Source of the DNA: Giardia intestinalis
Taxonomy: Eukaryota
Direction: 5' to 3' (one strand)
NCBI GenBank assembly: GCA_000002435.2
Contig: CM018792.1
Length of the DNA stretch: 64,000 nucleotides
Part shown: piece by piece, positions 40,145-50,116 of the stretch
How the letters are laid out: the number at the start of each line of letters is the position of its first letter
Position numbering within the stretch: the first letter of the stretch is position 1
The notes under the pieces: generated by a model
The model's database searches: none
Told to the model about the DNA's origin: nothing
Seen by the model: only the letters and a program-made list of their open reading frames with translations
Made by a program: the position numbers and the translations under genes

Positions 40145-42424
40145 TTACTGAGAGTTGAGCAAACGAGGGATAAAATCATTAAGAATCAGGTCCACTATTA
40201 TAGGTTCTGGTCTGAAATCGGTGACGTACTTCATGATCATATCAATCAGGGTAGATTGCCCCACTATGGACGCCTCCTCTAGCAGCTCCGTCACAATCTC
40301 GGCGTGTCCTCTGGTAGCTGCGTAGAACAGGGCTGTTTCTCCGCTATCGTTCTTCATCCCCAGCTCGTAAGGCTTAAGTAATCGCACACACTCCAGTGAG
40401 CCCAGACGTGCTGCACTCATGAGTGCGGTATTCTTTGTGTCATCAGCCATACCTGCCTCTTCCAGAAGAAGGGAGACTGTCTCCGGGGAGCGAGCCGATG
40501 CAGCATACTTGAGCGCAGTAGAACAAACAGCCGACTGCTTCATCACGTACTCTTGCCTGTACTGAAGCGTGCCCTCTACGTCCCCGCAAAATGCCGACCA
40601 GATCAATGGATTTATCTTGGTCTTCCTCACCTCTGCATCTGATGAGTATAACAGTTTAGCTACTTCTACGTGTCCTTCTTGCATAGCCAGTGCAAGAGCA
40701 GTGTACTTCTCACTGGTGATAAACCCTGCCTCTTCATGCATCAAAATTCTAACTATTTCTATGTGATTATTATAGGATGCCACCATCAACGATGTATATC
40801 CATTGAAATTGGGTATTCCTTGCTCATAGCTAGCTAAGAGCTTTACTGCCTCCAAGTTATTATGGATGACGGCATGCATGAGAGCAGTTCGCCCAGACAG
40901 ATCCTGGGCGCCCACCTCCAGGTGTAGAAGACCTCGCAAATAAGAAATATTTCCCCGATGTGCAGCATACATAAGAGCAGTCATCCCTTGGTCATCTTTA
41001 TTTCCGTGTTCGGCAACAAGATACGGGAAAGCATCAAATAGGATTGGAGAGTCAGTCATGCTTGCTGCCAGCATAAGCGAAGTCCTATGGTGGGAGTATG
41101 TCATCCCCAGCTCCCCAAGTAAAAAGGGAATGTATTCATAGTTCGCAGTCAAAATCAGTACTTGGAGGGCCGAAAGCGGCAATGGAAATAGATTGGTAGA
41201 AACAATCCCGATTTCCTCCCGAAAGAAAATATAATCGTCGGGAGTTCCTTGCATAATTGATTCTATCAGATGCGTGACAGTGCCTTGTATACTGAGTGGG
41301 TCTCTTATGCTGATTTTGTAGTGCTCAGGTTTGTATCCCTTCCTTATGTTGATATCGAGACAAAATGCCATAAGATCTAGATTTCTCGAAGAGACGGCAA
41401 CAGCAAACGCATTGTTTCTATCTCCAAATGTTGCCTCCATCTCCTTTTCATAGAGAAGACTTGCTAGGGGCATGTTATGCGTCATAAACGCATAACAGAA
41501 GGCCATGTATCCCGAGTGATCTCGCAGGCCTGCTTCCCTTTCTATAAGTAGGTCGATAGTGTGCTGAGGATTGGTGTTTGTTTGCCCACAGTACATTAGT
41601 GCTGTCCGCTTGTGAAAGTCCCTCTTCGTTGCCCAGGTATCCAGATCAGTCGTACTTATGGGTTGCCCAAGAGCTACCTTGTACATCAAGGGTGTCGTTT
41701 GAAGAGCGGTATTCGTGCTACTCAGCATTGTAAGTGCGTTCGTAAGGCACATGCTCCAACCAATGCTTAGCTCCATGTCGTTATTACAGAAGAGATTGGA
41801 AAACAAATGCGGTCTTTGGTGAATAAGGAATGATGTAGACAGCAGCTGACTCTGCTTTATGGCCAACTGAAGCACGCCGATAAATGAAAAATCCTCTAGA
41901 GTTTGCTCATTCACAAATAAGTACTCCAAACACTTAATGTTGCCGTAAAGGGAAGCAAACATTGTTGCCGTGTATCCATTAAGGTCCTTCTTATCGAGGT
42001 ATCTAGTATTTAGAAGTAGCTGGTCGCAATCACCTAGTGCGGCTGCTTGCATCAACGGAGTAATGCCAGATAGTTGTCCCTCATACGGACACAAGAAGAA
42101 TGCGCACGAAAACCGCTCTGCTGCTATGGCTCTCGAAAGAGCTGTCACGCCTCTCTCGTCCACCATTCCAGCCTCCCCCGCTTCTGCTAATAACTTGCAA
42201 CATTCTAGGTGTCCATTTTCGGCAGCCAACATTAGCGCTGTCCTATCATGACGGGCCACACGTGCCTCATGCAAATTGGCGCCAACCTTGTCTATCTGCC
42301 CTGCTCGAGCGGCATGCATCAGCTGTGTGGGGCGATCTGCCCTAGCAATAGGAACCTTTGGAGCGCGCTCATGAGGAAAAAATAAAGTGTGGATCTCTAT
42401 TAAGGCTCTAGTCAGTGAGCTCAT
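40145..42424 (-). CDS. Protein 21.1-type ankyrin-repeat protein, 759 aa
   Basis: TALMxAA/GHxExV repeats run throughout. It sits in tandem, same strand, 23-41 bp upstream of the previous gene. Confidence 0.85.
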   Translation of the reverse strand: MSSLTRALIEIHTLFFPHERAPKVPIARADRPTQLMHAARAGQIDKVGANLHEARVARHDRTALMLAAENGHLECCKLLAEAGEAGMVDERGVTALSRAIAAERFSCAFFLCPYEGQLSGITPLMQAAALGDCDQLLLNTRYLDKKDLNGYTATMFASLYGNIKCLEYLFVNEQTLEDFSFIGVLQLAIKQSQLLSTSFLIHQRPHLFSNLFCNNDMELSIGWSMCLTNALTMLSSTNTALQTTPLMYKVALGQPISTTDLDTWATKRDFHKRTALMYCGQTNTNPQHTIDLLIEREAGLRDHSGYMAFCYAFMTHNMPLASLLYEKEMEATFGDRNNAFAVAVSSRNLDLMAFCLDINIRKGYKPEHYKISIRDPLSIQGTVTHLIESIMQGTPDDYIFFREEIGIVSTNLFPLPLSALQVLILTANYEYIPFLLGELGMTYSHHRTSLMLAASMTDSPILFDAFPYLVAEHGNKDDQGMTALMYAAHRGNISYLRGLLHLEVGAQDLSGRTALMHAVIHNNLEAVKLLASYEQGIPNFNGYTSLMVASYNNHIEIVRILMHEEAGFITSEKYTALALAMQEGHVEVAKLLYSSDAEVRKTKINPLIWSAFCGDVEGTLQYRQEYVMKQSAVCSTALKYAASARSPETVSLLLEEAGMADDTKNTALMSAARLGSLECVRLLKPYELGMKNDSGETALFYAATRGHAEIVTELLEEASIVGQSTLIDMIMKYVTDFRPEPIIVDLILNDFIPRLLNSQ

Positions 42425-42440
42425 TTTTAAAAGGCATTAG
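42425..42440. promoter_or_regulatory. 16 bp AT-rich divergent initiator (catTTTTAAAAGGCATTAGatg)
   Basis: It lies between the ATG of 40145-42424 (minus strand) and the ATG of 42441-43031 (plus strand). Confidence 0.4.
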
Positions 42441-43031
42441 ATGGAGCACGCTACACGACGAGCGATTCTCAATAGCCCACTTTATTTAATGGAATTCAAG
42501 CACCTTGGTGTTATCGGCCTTCTCAAAGATGTACTTGTGACTCGTAACATAGATTTAGAGTACGGCCAAGAACCTTCGCGGCTCTTATGTTCGCTTGTAC
42601 GGCTATATATGCTTCGTCCAGACAGATCCATCGTCCATGAAATACTCTCCGCAAGGGGCTTTGCATATGCAACAGCCTTCGCAGCCATTCACGTCCGCAG
42701 CTACTGGTCCTCTCTGGACATTCACAAGGCTCTGACACCTCTACTAAACAACTATACTAAAATCCGCGTCTCCGGCCTGAAGACGCTAGGTCTACAAGGA
42801 CACGTTCCCCTCGACGTTTTTGTTGAAGCCCTCCTGCATCAGCCTTCCACCTTATCTACATGCAGTGGAACCTTCGCACCTATGGGCTGCCTCCGCCTTC
42901 CCCTCCTGACGAAGCGGGAACTCTTCGAACTCTCTGGGAAGCTGCGTCCATTCAGTGAAGAGCTGCAAGAGATGTTAAGAGAGAAAGCAGCAGAGAATGG
43001 TTCACATGCAGAAATGAATGTTGTCAGTTGA
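42441..43031 (+). CDS. hypothetical protein, 196 aa
   Basis: An intact ORF with an AT-rich initiator. No family was recognised. Confidence 0.45.
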   Translation: MEHATRRAILNSPLYLMEFKHLGVIGLLKDVLVTRNIDLEYGQEPSRLLCSLVRLYMLRPDRSIVHEILSARGFAYATAFAAIHVRSYWSSLDIHKALTPLLNNYTKIRVSGLKTLGLQGHVPLDVFVEALLHQPSTLSTCSGTFAPMGCLRLPLLTKRELFELSGKLRPFSEELQEMLREKAAENGSHAEMNVVS

Positions 43032-43037
43032 TATCTC

Positions 43038-43625
43038 CTATGTAAATATAGCAGCGTCGTCTTCCGGTGCCATTAGAGTGCCTCCAAACATCCGCTTTCC
43101 CGCATTTCTAGGGGCCATCTGAGCGGGAATCTCACACTTGGCCAACTTTAGAAGAGCAGGACGCAACACCTGGTTCAGAAGAAGCACAATAACTGAAGCG
43201 GATACTGCACTGGGATCATGGCCTTCGGGAAGACCACGTTGCAGAAAGCGACTGAAAGGCGGGACAGATAGGGGAAAGTAAAAAGGAAGGTAGCCCCCCA
43301 GTGTATCGTTCTTCACAGAGAGTAGCTTGTTGAATAAACGGAGGATAACAGCGCTAATAATGTACGTCCCGATCCAAGAGGTCCACTTCATACGTGTAAG
43401 CTTGGCCGATAACACTTCAAGGCGCTTGACTACTTGCTCCTTCTGCAGGCGTTGTGCCTCTGTGATGATGACAAAACTGTCAATCTTATCCAGAATTACA
43501 TAATCCTCCTTCATCTTACCTGCTAACTCTTGGAAGTCTTTTCGCCGATACATCAACAAGTAAGAGGCTCCGATAGCGCTCAAAGTCCCCACGAGACTCT
43601 GGAGGAAGAGGTAGAGGAGTGCCAT
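43038..43625 (-). CDS. candidate Get1/WRB-family tail-anchored-protein insertase subunit (3 TM plus coiled-coil), 195 aa
   Basis: The topology is TM1 (aa 1-25), coiled coil, TM2 and TM3. The alignment to human WRB recalled from memory is collinear: DSFVIITEAQRLQKEQVVKRLEVLSAKLTRMKW versus DEFARYARLERKINKMTDKLKTHVKARTAQLAKIKW, then TM2, then a Pro-rich loop (PFYFPLSVPPF versus SVPVAVVPSKWITP), then TM3. Confidence 0.55.
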   Translation of the reverse strand: MALLYLFLQSLVGTLSAIGASYLLMYRRKDFQELAGKMKEDYVILDKIDSFVIITEAQRLQKEQVVKRLEVLSAKLTRMKWTSWIGTYIISAVILRLFNKLLSVKNDTLGGYLPFYFPLSVPPFSRFLQRGLPEGHDPSAVSASVIVLLLNQVLRPALLKLAKCEIPAQMAPRNAGKRMFGGTLMAPEDDAAIFT

Positions 43626-43679
43626 GGAATTTTTACTCCGTCATAAATTAATAACTTCTACAATTGGGGGTTTGCAATC

Positions 43680-46600
43680 ATGAACAGCGCTCCCCTTGAC
43701 GGTGTCCGCCTCAGGGCAGAACTATATAAGAGCATCCAGGCACAGAGCAGGTTAGAAAGCCTCTATGGAACAGCATACAGGCTTCCCGCAACACAGCAGG
43801 CTGGTAGAGCGAATGGCACTACCCTAGGAGTTAGCACAGTCTATACCCAGGCATCTAGCATCAATGGGTATGAACAGGATCGAACGGCAAATGATCTACA
43901 CGTCCAGCTCATGGAGACAAAGTCACGCTCTCTTCATGACCTTACCGAAAAGAGGATGGTTGAGCTAAAGTTAGATCAGGTGGTCCAAGAAAATGAAAAA
44001 CTTAAGCAGAAAGTATTACAGCTGGATGGAGAACTCCAGGCAGCCATTCGTCAGTGCGAAGAGCTTTCTCAATATAAGGATGCTAGGGCAATCATAGAGA
44101 ATAATAGGCATCAGATAGAAGAGCTTGAACATTGCCTAGCTGATAAGGAAAAACAACTTGAGACGCTACAGCTTCAGCTTATTGATCAGCAGAATGAGAA
44201 CAGAGTGCTCAGCATAGGGAAGCACAAGCAAATCGAAGAGCTCATCGCCATTAATGCCTCGCAGGCGCTGCAATTGAAGCAGTTTGAGTTTGAAAATGTT
44301 CCGGGACTGCACAAGCAAGTCGAGGCCCAAGAGCTCGAGCTTAAAAACATGCAAGCACGCATTTCTTCGCTAGAATCAAGCGGTAAAACTCTTAAGGCAG
44401 AGTATGAGGAGTTCCTTTTATCAATAGTGGAGGAATTTAATAGATTACATGCATGGATGTGTAACTATAGAAGCAAAGCAGCCACCCTGGGAGGTGCCTC
44501 AGGAAAAACAGCTGCTACCTCTGCGTCCTTGGGAGCTTCCCTGCGATGCGATGATCTAGGCTCTAGGGGTGCAGATCTAGAGCAAGATTTACTTATTAGT
44601 CAGTTGTCTGAAGGCATGAAGCAAATGTATTACAAACTGGGATTGTCAGCAAACTCTGGGCCTCTCTCGTGGAGCGAAAAGCTAGTCCGCGAGGTATGTC
44701 TCCGTCTAGCACGGGTGCTAGATGATGTGCAGCAGTTCTCACAGATGAATAAAGAGCTTTCTGTAGCATACAGCGCCAAGGATGACGAAGTGCTTGAATT
44801 GACTCGTCGTCTTGAAGACTCTGAGCGACAGGTTGGCGTGCTCCAGTCCCACCTAGTATCCAAGGACACTGAGATTCAAGACTGCAGGCGTGCATGTCGA
44901 GAATGTGAAGATAAGCTCTCACTTCAAGAAGCAGAGCTCTCTTCCTTGCGCTCTATTTCTGACGAATTTGATGGCATCAAGATTGTCGCTCTGAAATTGG
45001 TCGATCAATTGGCAATGCCAGACACGTCGAACCTTAGCGCTTCCGCAGTGCTTAAATCGTCACAAAATAAGGGTCCATTACTATCTCATTCTAATGCTTT
45101 TAGTGCAACTTCAGGCCCAACCGACACGCGTATCCGTTATGCTTCCTCAAAAGGAATCGATGTTCGCTCCATTTTGGTTGACACATGCCTTGCGCTTCAG
45201 GATGCTCAGGAAAGCAAGGTCTCTGCAGCCTTGGAGCTGCAATCTCTAGAGGCACGTCTGAGAACTGTGTCCGACGATCTGCTATTTCAACAAAATAAAT
45301 GCCAAGAGATAGAACAGCGAGGCTATGATTCCGTCGAGACAGTGAGAAGCGACATGACTAGACAGATCAAGGAACTGGAACTGGAGATCAAGCAGACGTC
45401 TGAGTCATACGCTGCCCAGGTCGCGTCGCTTACTGAGGATGTAGCACATCGCCAACAGAAGCTATCCATATTTGCATTTGTCATATACTCTCTATGCAAG
45501 GTAATTGAGTTTGATCGTTATTCACTGCGTCGTATACTACTTGACTACAAACTACTCCTTGGAATGTATAACCATCAAGAAAAAGCTATCGAAAAGCTGA
45601 GGCACCTTAATGATAAGATTGAGAAAAGCATTCACGGAATAGTTATTGCTGTGGACCCTGCAACGGGTGTGCAGGTTGAACGGGAAAACGAACAGTATCT
45701 TTTCATCTTAAAGAGCCGAAGAGACATCATTAAGAGGCGAAAGAAGCAAGCACTTATCCATATGGTTGTATTCTGTAGCTACCTTCTCTCGGCTGATACT
45801 CTTGTTCATGGCCCCCGTGGCTCTAGTCTCGTGCGACCGCGAACTACCATGTCAGCTTCGTTGCAGCAAAGTCACGGGCCTCGTGATGACTTCTTTGTGG
45901 GCCTGGATAGGCTATTCTCCATCTTAAACCGCAACAATACGGTACCCGTGGAATTTTACGGTTTCTCAACCAGCTACTCCAGTATCTCTGGTACAGATGC
46001 CGTTCAGATGGATGGAACCATCAAAGAGAGAGATCTCGCTGGAGTACAACAAGCAGGAAGCCCTTCAATCCTAGAGTTGATGAGCCTTCCTAGCCCATCG
46101 CCCGCAGGGGGTACAATGAGTACGCCACTTTATTTGCAGACAGAAATGGCAGCTATTATGAAGGTGACTGGATACCTGTCCTCAATTTTCACCGACTCCT
46201 TTATGTTTTCAAATCTCTTTGACTTCTCCAACCGCTTAGGAAAAGCAACTGTCCATATAACATCTATTTCAAACCACTATACCTCTGCAAATGCGCACCT
46301 TAACGATTCGCTAGCTCTGAATCTATGTGATCTAAAGCTTCTCGTCAACAACCTTCACCTCTGTTTCAATACCCAGACTGACCTGCTCCTAGAAGCACGC
46401 ATGAATTATACAGTAACATACCAGCAGGCACTGGCTTCACAAGGAGCAATCGTTGAGCTGGAGAATCTAAGGGCTCAGCAAGCATATGAAATTACAGAGC
46501 TGACGTCTCAAGTACAGACCCTAACCCTTGAAAAGAGCAGGCTACCCACAGAAGAGGAATACGGAGCACTAAAAGCCGAGAATGTGGATTTAGCGTCTCG

Positions 46601-47456
46601 CTTGCGTGATACCACCAATATGCTGAATGCCGAGAGGTCACTCCATAATACCCTTCAGCAGGAGCATGAGCATGGGTTCAGCCAGATGACCCTTGAACTC
46701 CAGACTCTTCGGGAAGAGAAATCCAGGCTGTCTATGGAGGTTGAGGAGCTCAATCTTAAACTGCAACGCTCACATAAGTCCCTGGATACTCTTGAAACAA
46801 AGCCTGTCCAGTCCCTTTCTAAGGAGAGTGCGAAGGATTTACTAAGTCGGTTATCTGGAGACAAGAAGCTTCAAAGAAGTCAATCAGCCACTGGTCCCGG
46901 AACTGTACGCTTCGCTGACTCACTTCCATCTGATAGCTCCACGCTTGAACAAGATACATTATCGTCTAATTCGGGCGCGTCCTTCCGCTCAACTCGCGAT
47001 AGCATATGCCTGGCTGACATGGACATCGTAATCGCTCCAAATAGCGAGCTACCGCCAAGCACTCATGCTCCTCCGAGGCCTGCTCCACAGGCACCCCCTC
47101 ACCCACCTCTATATCCCGCCCCCTCTACTTTACAGGCAGCTTCTGCAAACACAAAGGCTCCAGACGCCCCCGCTCTGTCTTCCACTACTACCGACTATTC
47201 GCGATTGATTAAGAGGTACGATATCGGGGCCGACTCGGCTGGACCCACTGAGGCAGAAGAAATAGAGTCTCTTAACCGTCAGTATATAAGGCCCGACCCC
47301 ACGGTCCCGTCACTAGACAACTTCAGCACGTCTCAGGTGACAGATTTGGTCAACCAACTAAACGTACACAAAAACACAGATGAAATGTTCCAGGACCCGA
47401 CTTTGCGTGATGCTAATATCACTCAGTATATCGAAAATTTGACGATCAAGCACTAG
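43680..47456 (+). CDS. large coiled-coil protein (1258 aa)
   Basis: There are long heptad-rich stretches (LKLDQVVQENEKLKQKVLQLDGELQAAIRQCEEL...) and a Pro-rich segment near the C-terminus (PPRPAPQAPPHPPLYPAP). Confidence 0.7.
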   Translation: MNSAPLDGVRLRAELYKSIQAQSRLESLYGTAYRLPATQQAGRANGTTLGVSTVYTQASSINGYEQDRTANDLHVQLMETKSRSLHDLTEKRMVELKLDQVVQENEKLKQKVLQLDGELQAAIRQCEELSQYKDARAIIENNRHQIEELEHCLADKEKQLETLQLQLIDQQNENRVLSIGKHKQIEELIAINASQALQLKQFEFENVPGLHKQVEAQELELKNMQARISSLESSGKTLKAEYEEFLLSIVEEFNRLHAWMCNYRSKAATLGGASGKTAATSASLGASLRCDDLGSRGADLEQDLLISQLSEGMKQMYYKLGLSANSGPLSWSEKLVREVCLRLARVLDDVQQFSQMNKELSVAYSAKDDEVLELTRRLEDSERQVGVLQSHLVSKDTEIQDCRRACRECEDKLSLQEAELSSLRSISDEFDGIKIVALKLVDQLAMPDTSNLSASAVLKSSQNKGPLLSHSNAFSATSGPTDTRIRYASSKGIDVRSILVDTCLALQDAQESKVSAALELQSLEARLRTVSDDLLFQQNKCQEIEQRGYDSVETVRSDMTRQIKELELEIKQTSESYAAQVASLTEDVAHRQQKLSIFAFVIYSLCKVIEFDRYSLRRILLDYKLLLGMYNHQEKAIEKLRHLNDKIEKSIHGIVIAVDPATGVQVERENEQYLFILKSRRDIIKRRKKQALIHMVVFCSYLLSADTLVHGPRGSSLVRPRTTMSASLQQSHGPRDDFFVGLDRLFSILNRNNTVPVEFYGFSTSYSSISGTDAVQMDGTIKERDLAGVQQAGSPSILELMSLPSPSPAGGTMSTPLYLQTEMAAIMKVTGYLSSIFTDSFMFSNLFDFSNRLGKATVHITSISNHYTSANAHLNDSLALNLCDLKLLVNNLHLCFNTQTDLLLEARMNYTVTYQQALASQGAIVELENLRAQQAYEITELTSQVQTLTLEKSRLPTEEEYGALKAENVDLASRLRDTTNMLNAERSLHNTLQQEHEHGFSQMTLELQTLREEKSRLSMEVEELNLKLQRSHKSLDTLETKPVQSLSKESAKDLLSRLSGDKKLQRSQSATGPGTVRFADSLPSDSSTLEQDTLSSNSGASFRSTRDSICLADMDIVIAPNSELPPSTHAPPRPAPQAPPHPPLYPAPSTLQAASANTKAPDAPALSSTTTDYSRLIKRYDIGADSAGPTEAEEIESLNRQYIRPDPTVPSLDNFSTSQVTDLVNQLNVHKNTDEMFQDPTLRDANITQYIENLTIKH

Positions 47457-47525
47457 CTGGATCTCCAATCCGTGATAGGAAGGTTACTAGCAGAAGTGAA
47501 TCTGTCTCTAAAAAAGTTAAGTGGC

Positions 47526-49856
47526 ATGTTTTCCGAGACGATCGGACGGCTCTACAAGAACCACGTCGTCATAGGGAATGGTTCGTTTGGAAAGGTTTTT
47601 AGCGCCCAACGGGTATCAGACAGCAAAACAGTGGCCGTGAAGGAGGTTGACACAACTGGTGCTGGACTCGCAGAGCGGATGATTATCCTCGCTGAATACA
47701 CATATTACCCGCACATTGTTGATCCTAATGTTGTCACATGTTATACAACACACTTCGATAAGGAGTCCGGACAGCTATACCTCGAGATGGAATATTGTCC
47801 CGGTGGATCTCTTTCAGACCTGATCAAGAGCCAACGAGTGAGGAAGCAACCCCTCCCCGAGCGGACTATTTGGCAGATTTTCAAAGGATTGGCCTCAGCA
47901 CTTGTTTATCTTCATTCCCCAGAAAAGAAACCCACCGTGGGTGCAATCATCCACAGAGACATTAAACCGACCAATATTGTCTTTACCAAGGATGGTATCG
48001 CTAAGATATGTGACTTCGGCCTCTCTCGAGGGCTGCACGAACTGTCGATGGCCTCTAGCAGAGTAGGAACAGATGCTTACATGGCTCCAGAGGTCAATGA
48101 CGGCGAGTACAATGAAAAAGTAGACGTATGGTCGCTAGGATGCGTCATTTTGGAACTGTGCAGCCTTCATAAGCCAAAGCCCCGCGACCCCATCATCCTG
48201 GAGGCATACTCACCACAGCTAGCATCAATACTTAGAAACTGTCTGACAGTCTCACCAGACGATCGCATATCCAGCGCTAGGCTGCTCCACTTACTATCGA
48301 CGCAAGAGTCCGAAGCATTGTCACGCAAGCCATCCACATACTATGGTTTAGATGACAATGACGAAGATACTGAAGAGGACGCGGGGGACTTAGAGCTACG
48401 AGAACAGAAGGAGAAGATCCGCGCTCAGGAACAGATGCAGCAGGAATGCAACGCAGAGGCGGTAGTAGAGGAAAATGAAAATGCAAGAACAGAAGCAGAC
48501 GCCGAGATGGAATCCTTGGTCTTTTTCGACCAAAACATCACTCTTCCAACTACACATAGTACAGAAGCTGAAGACGACAATGAGCACTGTTCTCAATTGG
48601 ATGCAACGTCTGTCATTCATGAAGTCCCAGAATTGACGGCTACATCTATCCTTAAGCAGTTAGATTTTGCCAGCAAAGACCCAGAACTGGTTCGATCGTT
48701 ACTGTTACAGTATGCATCTGCTTTGGAGACCCGTGACAACGAGATTGCTCAGCTCAAGGGTCTGCTCAGTTTCCAGAATCAACGACTCCCCTTGTCCACG
48801 GCACGCCCCAGTATAGAGACACCGATCTGCATGAGCACTGACACTCATGCAGAGTCCATAGACTTCACTGTCAAAGAGCCGACACAGTTTGGTACTATTA
48901 CCGAGAAAGAATCAATCTGTCCATCTCCACGGTCTTTTGATTGCAGCATGGGGATTGTGCTAGATGATTTGGTTGCAAATCAGCATAGATTGAAGACGAA
49001 TATAGAGATAGATATCTTGCAACGCTCTATTAAAGCCAAGGACGCCATTATTGATAGTATGAAGAAGCAATCGGAAGCAGATGCCAAAGGAACAAAGGTC
49101 TTTATAGATGCTCTTTATAAAGACATCAATACTTTAGAATCCGAGGTGCGAGAAAAGAACATTATCATTGATGAGCTTTGCGAGGCTATTGAAAAGAATA
49201 GTACACTGTTGGACTCCGCCAAACGAAGGGGAAGTCTAGGCATGTCCACAGATGGCTCATTTACAGACAGAAGCAAGTCTGCCACACCCGAAGGTAGGCG
49301 TCCCCGTAGAAATTCACTATACAGTTCTGATATGGCCGACAAGGAGCAGGAGATCCAGCACTTGAAGGACGAGCTTATCAAGCAGCAGGCAGAAAGCGCC
49401 GCCCTCAGGGAACAGAAGTTTATCAAGCAGGAGTGCATCATCCAAGACTTGACCGCGTCTCTCCGCGCAGCTACCGCCGAGATAGACTCTCTTCGACAAA
49501 AGGTTGCACTGCAAAGCCCAGTGCAAAGCAGCTTGTCTTCAAGCACGCTTACTGTGGTTAAAATGCCGAGCCTTGAGCTATCACAGTATGTATTCCAAAT
49601 CAATGAGTTGGAGCAAATTAAGGAAACACTCTCAGAGGAGCTAGAAGCAAAGGACTCAACAATACAGCAACTACGCGAAGCAATACTGCACCAGGAGATC
49701 TCCTTTACTAAGTTGCGCGAGGCCTCAGAGGCCACCCAAGCAGAAAATAGGAAGCTTCATGACACCATCAGGATGCAGGCTGGTACCATCTCGGCCTTGG
49801 TTCGGAAGAGGAGCCCTCAATTATCCTCAAATGCAAGCCCCCCTGGTAAGCAATAA
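47526..49856 (+). CDS. NEK-family Ser/Thr kinase (catalytically intact) with a C-terminal coiled-coil region
   Basis: GNGSFGKV, VAVKEV, HRDIKPTN, DFG, GTDAYMAPE and DVWSLGCV are all present, followed by coiled-coil sequence. The ATG at 47526 has a ctaaaaaagttaagtggcATG initiator; the track start is GTG at 47472. Confidence 0.85.
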   Translation: MFSETIGRLYKNHVVIGNGSFGKVFSAQRVSDSKTVAVKEVDTTGAGLAERMIILAEYTYYPHIVDPNVVTCYTTHFDKESGQLYLEMEYCPGGSLSDLIKSQRVRKQPLPERTIWQIFKGLASALVYLHSPEKKPTVGAIIHRDIKPTNIVFTKDGIAKICDFGLSRGLHELSMASSRVGTDAYMAPEVNDGEYNEKVDVWSLGCVILELCSLHKPKPRDPIILEAYSPQLASILRNCLTVSPDDRISSARLLHLLSTQESEALSRKPSTYYGLDDNDEDTEEDAGDLELREQKEKIRAQEQMQQECNAEAVVEENENARTEADAEMESLVFFDQNITLPTTHSTEAEDDNEHCSQLDATSVIHEVPELTATSILKQLDFASKDPELVRSLLLQYASALETRDNEIAQLKGLLSFQNQRLPLSTARPSIETPICMSTDTHAESIDFTVKEPTQFGTITEKESICPSPRSFDCSMGIVLDDLVANQHRLKTNIEIDILQRSIKAKDAIIDSMKKQSEADAKGTKVFIDALYKDINTLESEVREKNIIIDELCEAIEKNSTLLDSAKRRGSLGMSTDGSFTDRSKSATPEGRRPRRNSLYSSDMADKEQEIQHLKDELIKQQAESAALREQKFIKQECIIQDLTASLRAATAEIDSLRQKVALQSPVQSSLSSSTLTVVKMPSLELSQYVFQINELEQIKETLSEELEAKDSTIQQLREAILHQEISFTKLREASEATQAENRKLHDTIRMQAGTISALVRKRSPQLSSNASPPGKQ

Positions 49857-50116
49857 AGTGGGGCTTTTGGATTTTCTATCAATCGTTCTATGGAAAAATA
49901 TAATTCAACAGCATCTAAAACCGGTTAATCTGGAGGTGAAAATATAGTGTTGTGAAATCCTGAAACCCTTTGTCTAGCTTATCTTAGCGGCTGCTTGTTA
50001 CACAGCAGTAAATTACTCTCTCCCGGACGATCCAGTAATGACAAACATGTCTTTCGCGTGAGAGGTGTCTCTAGATGATGATTCATAATTAACTTGAACA
50101 TAAAAGTCAGCAATCT

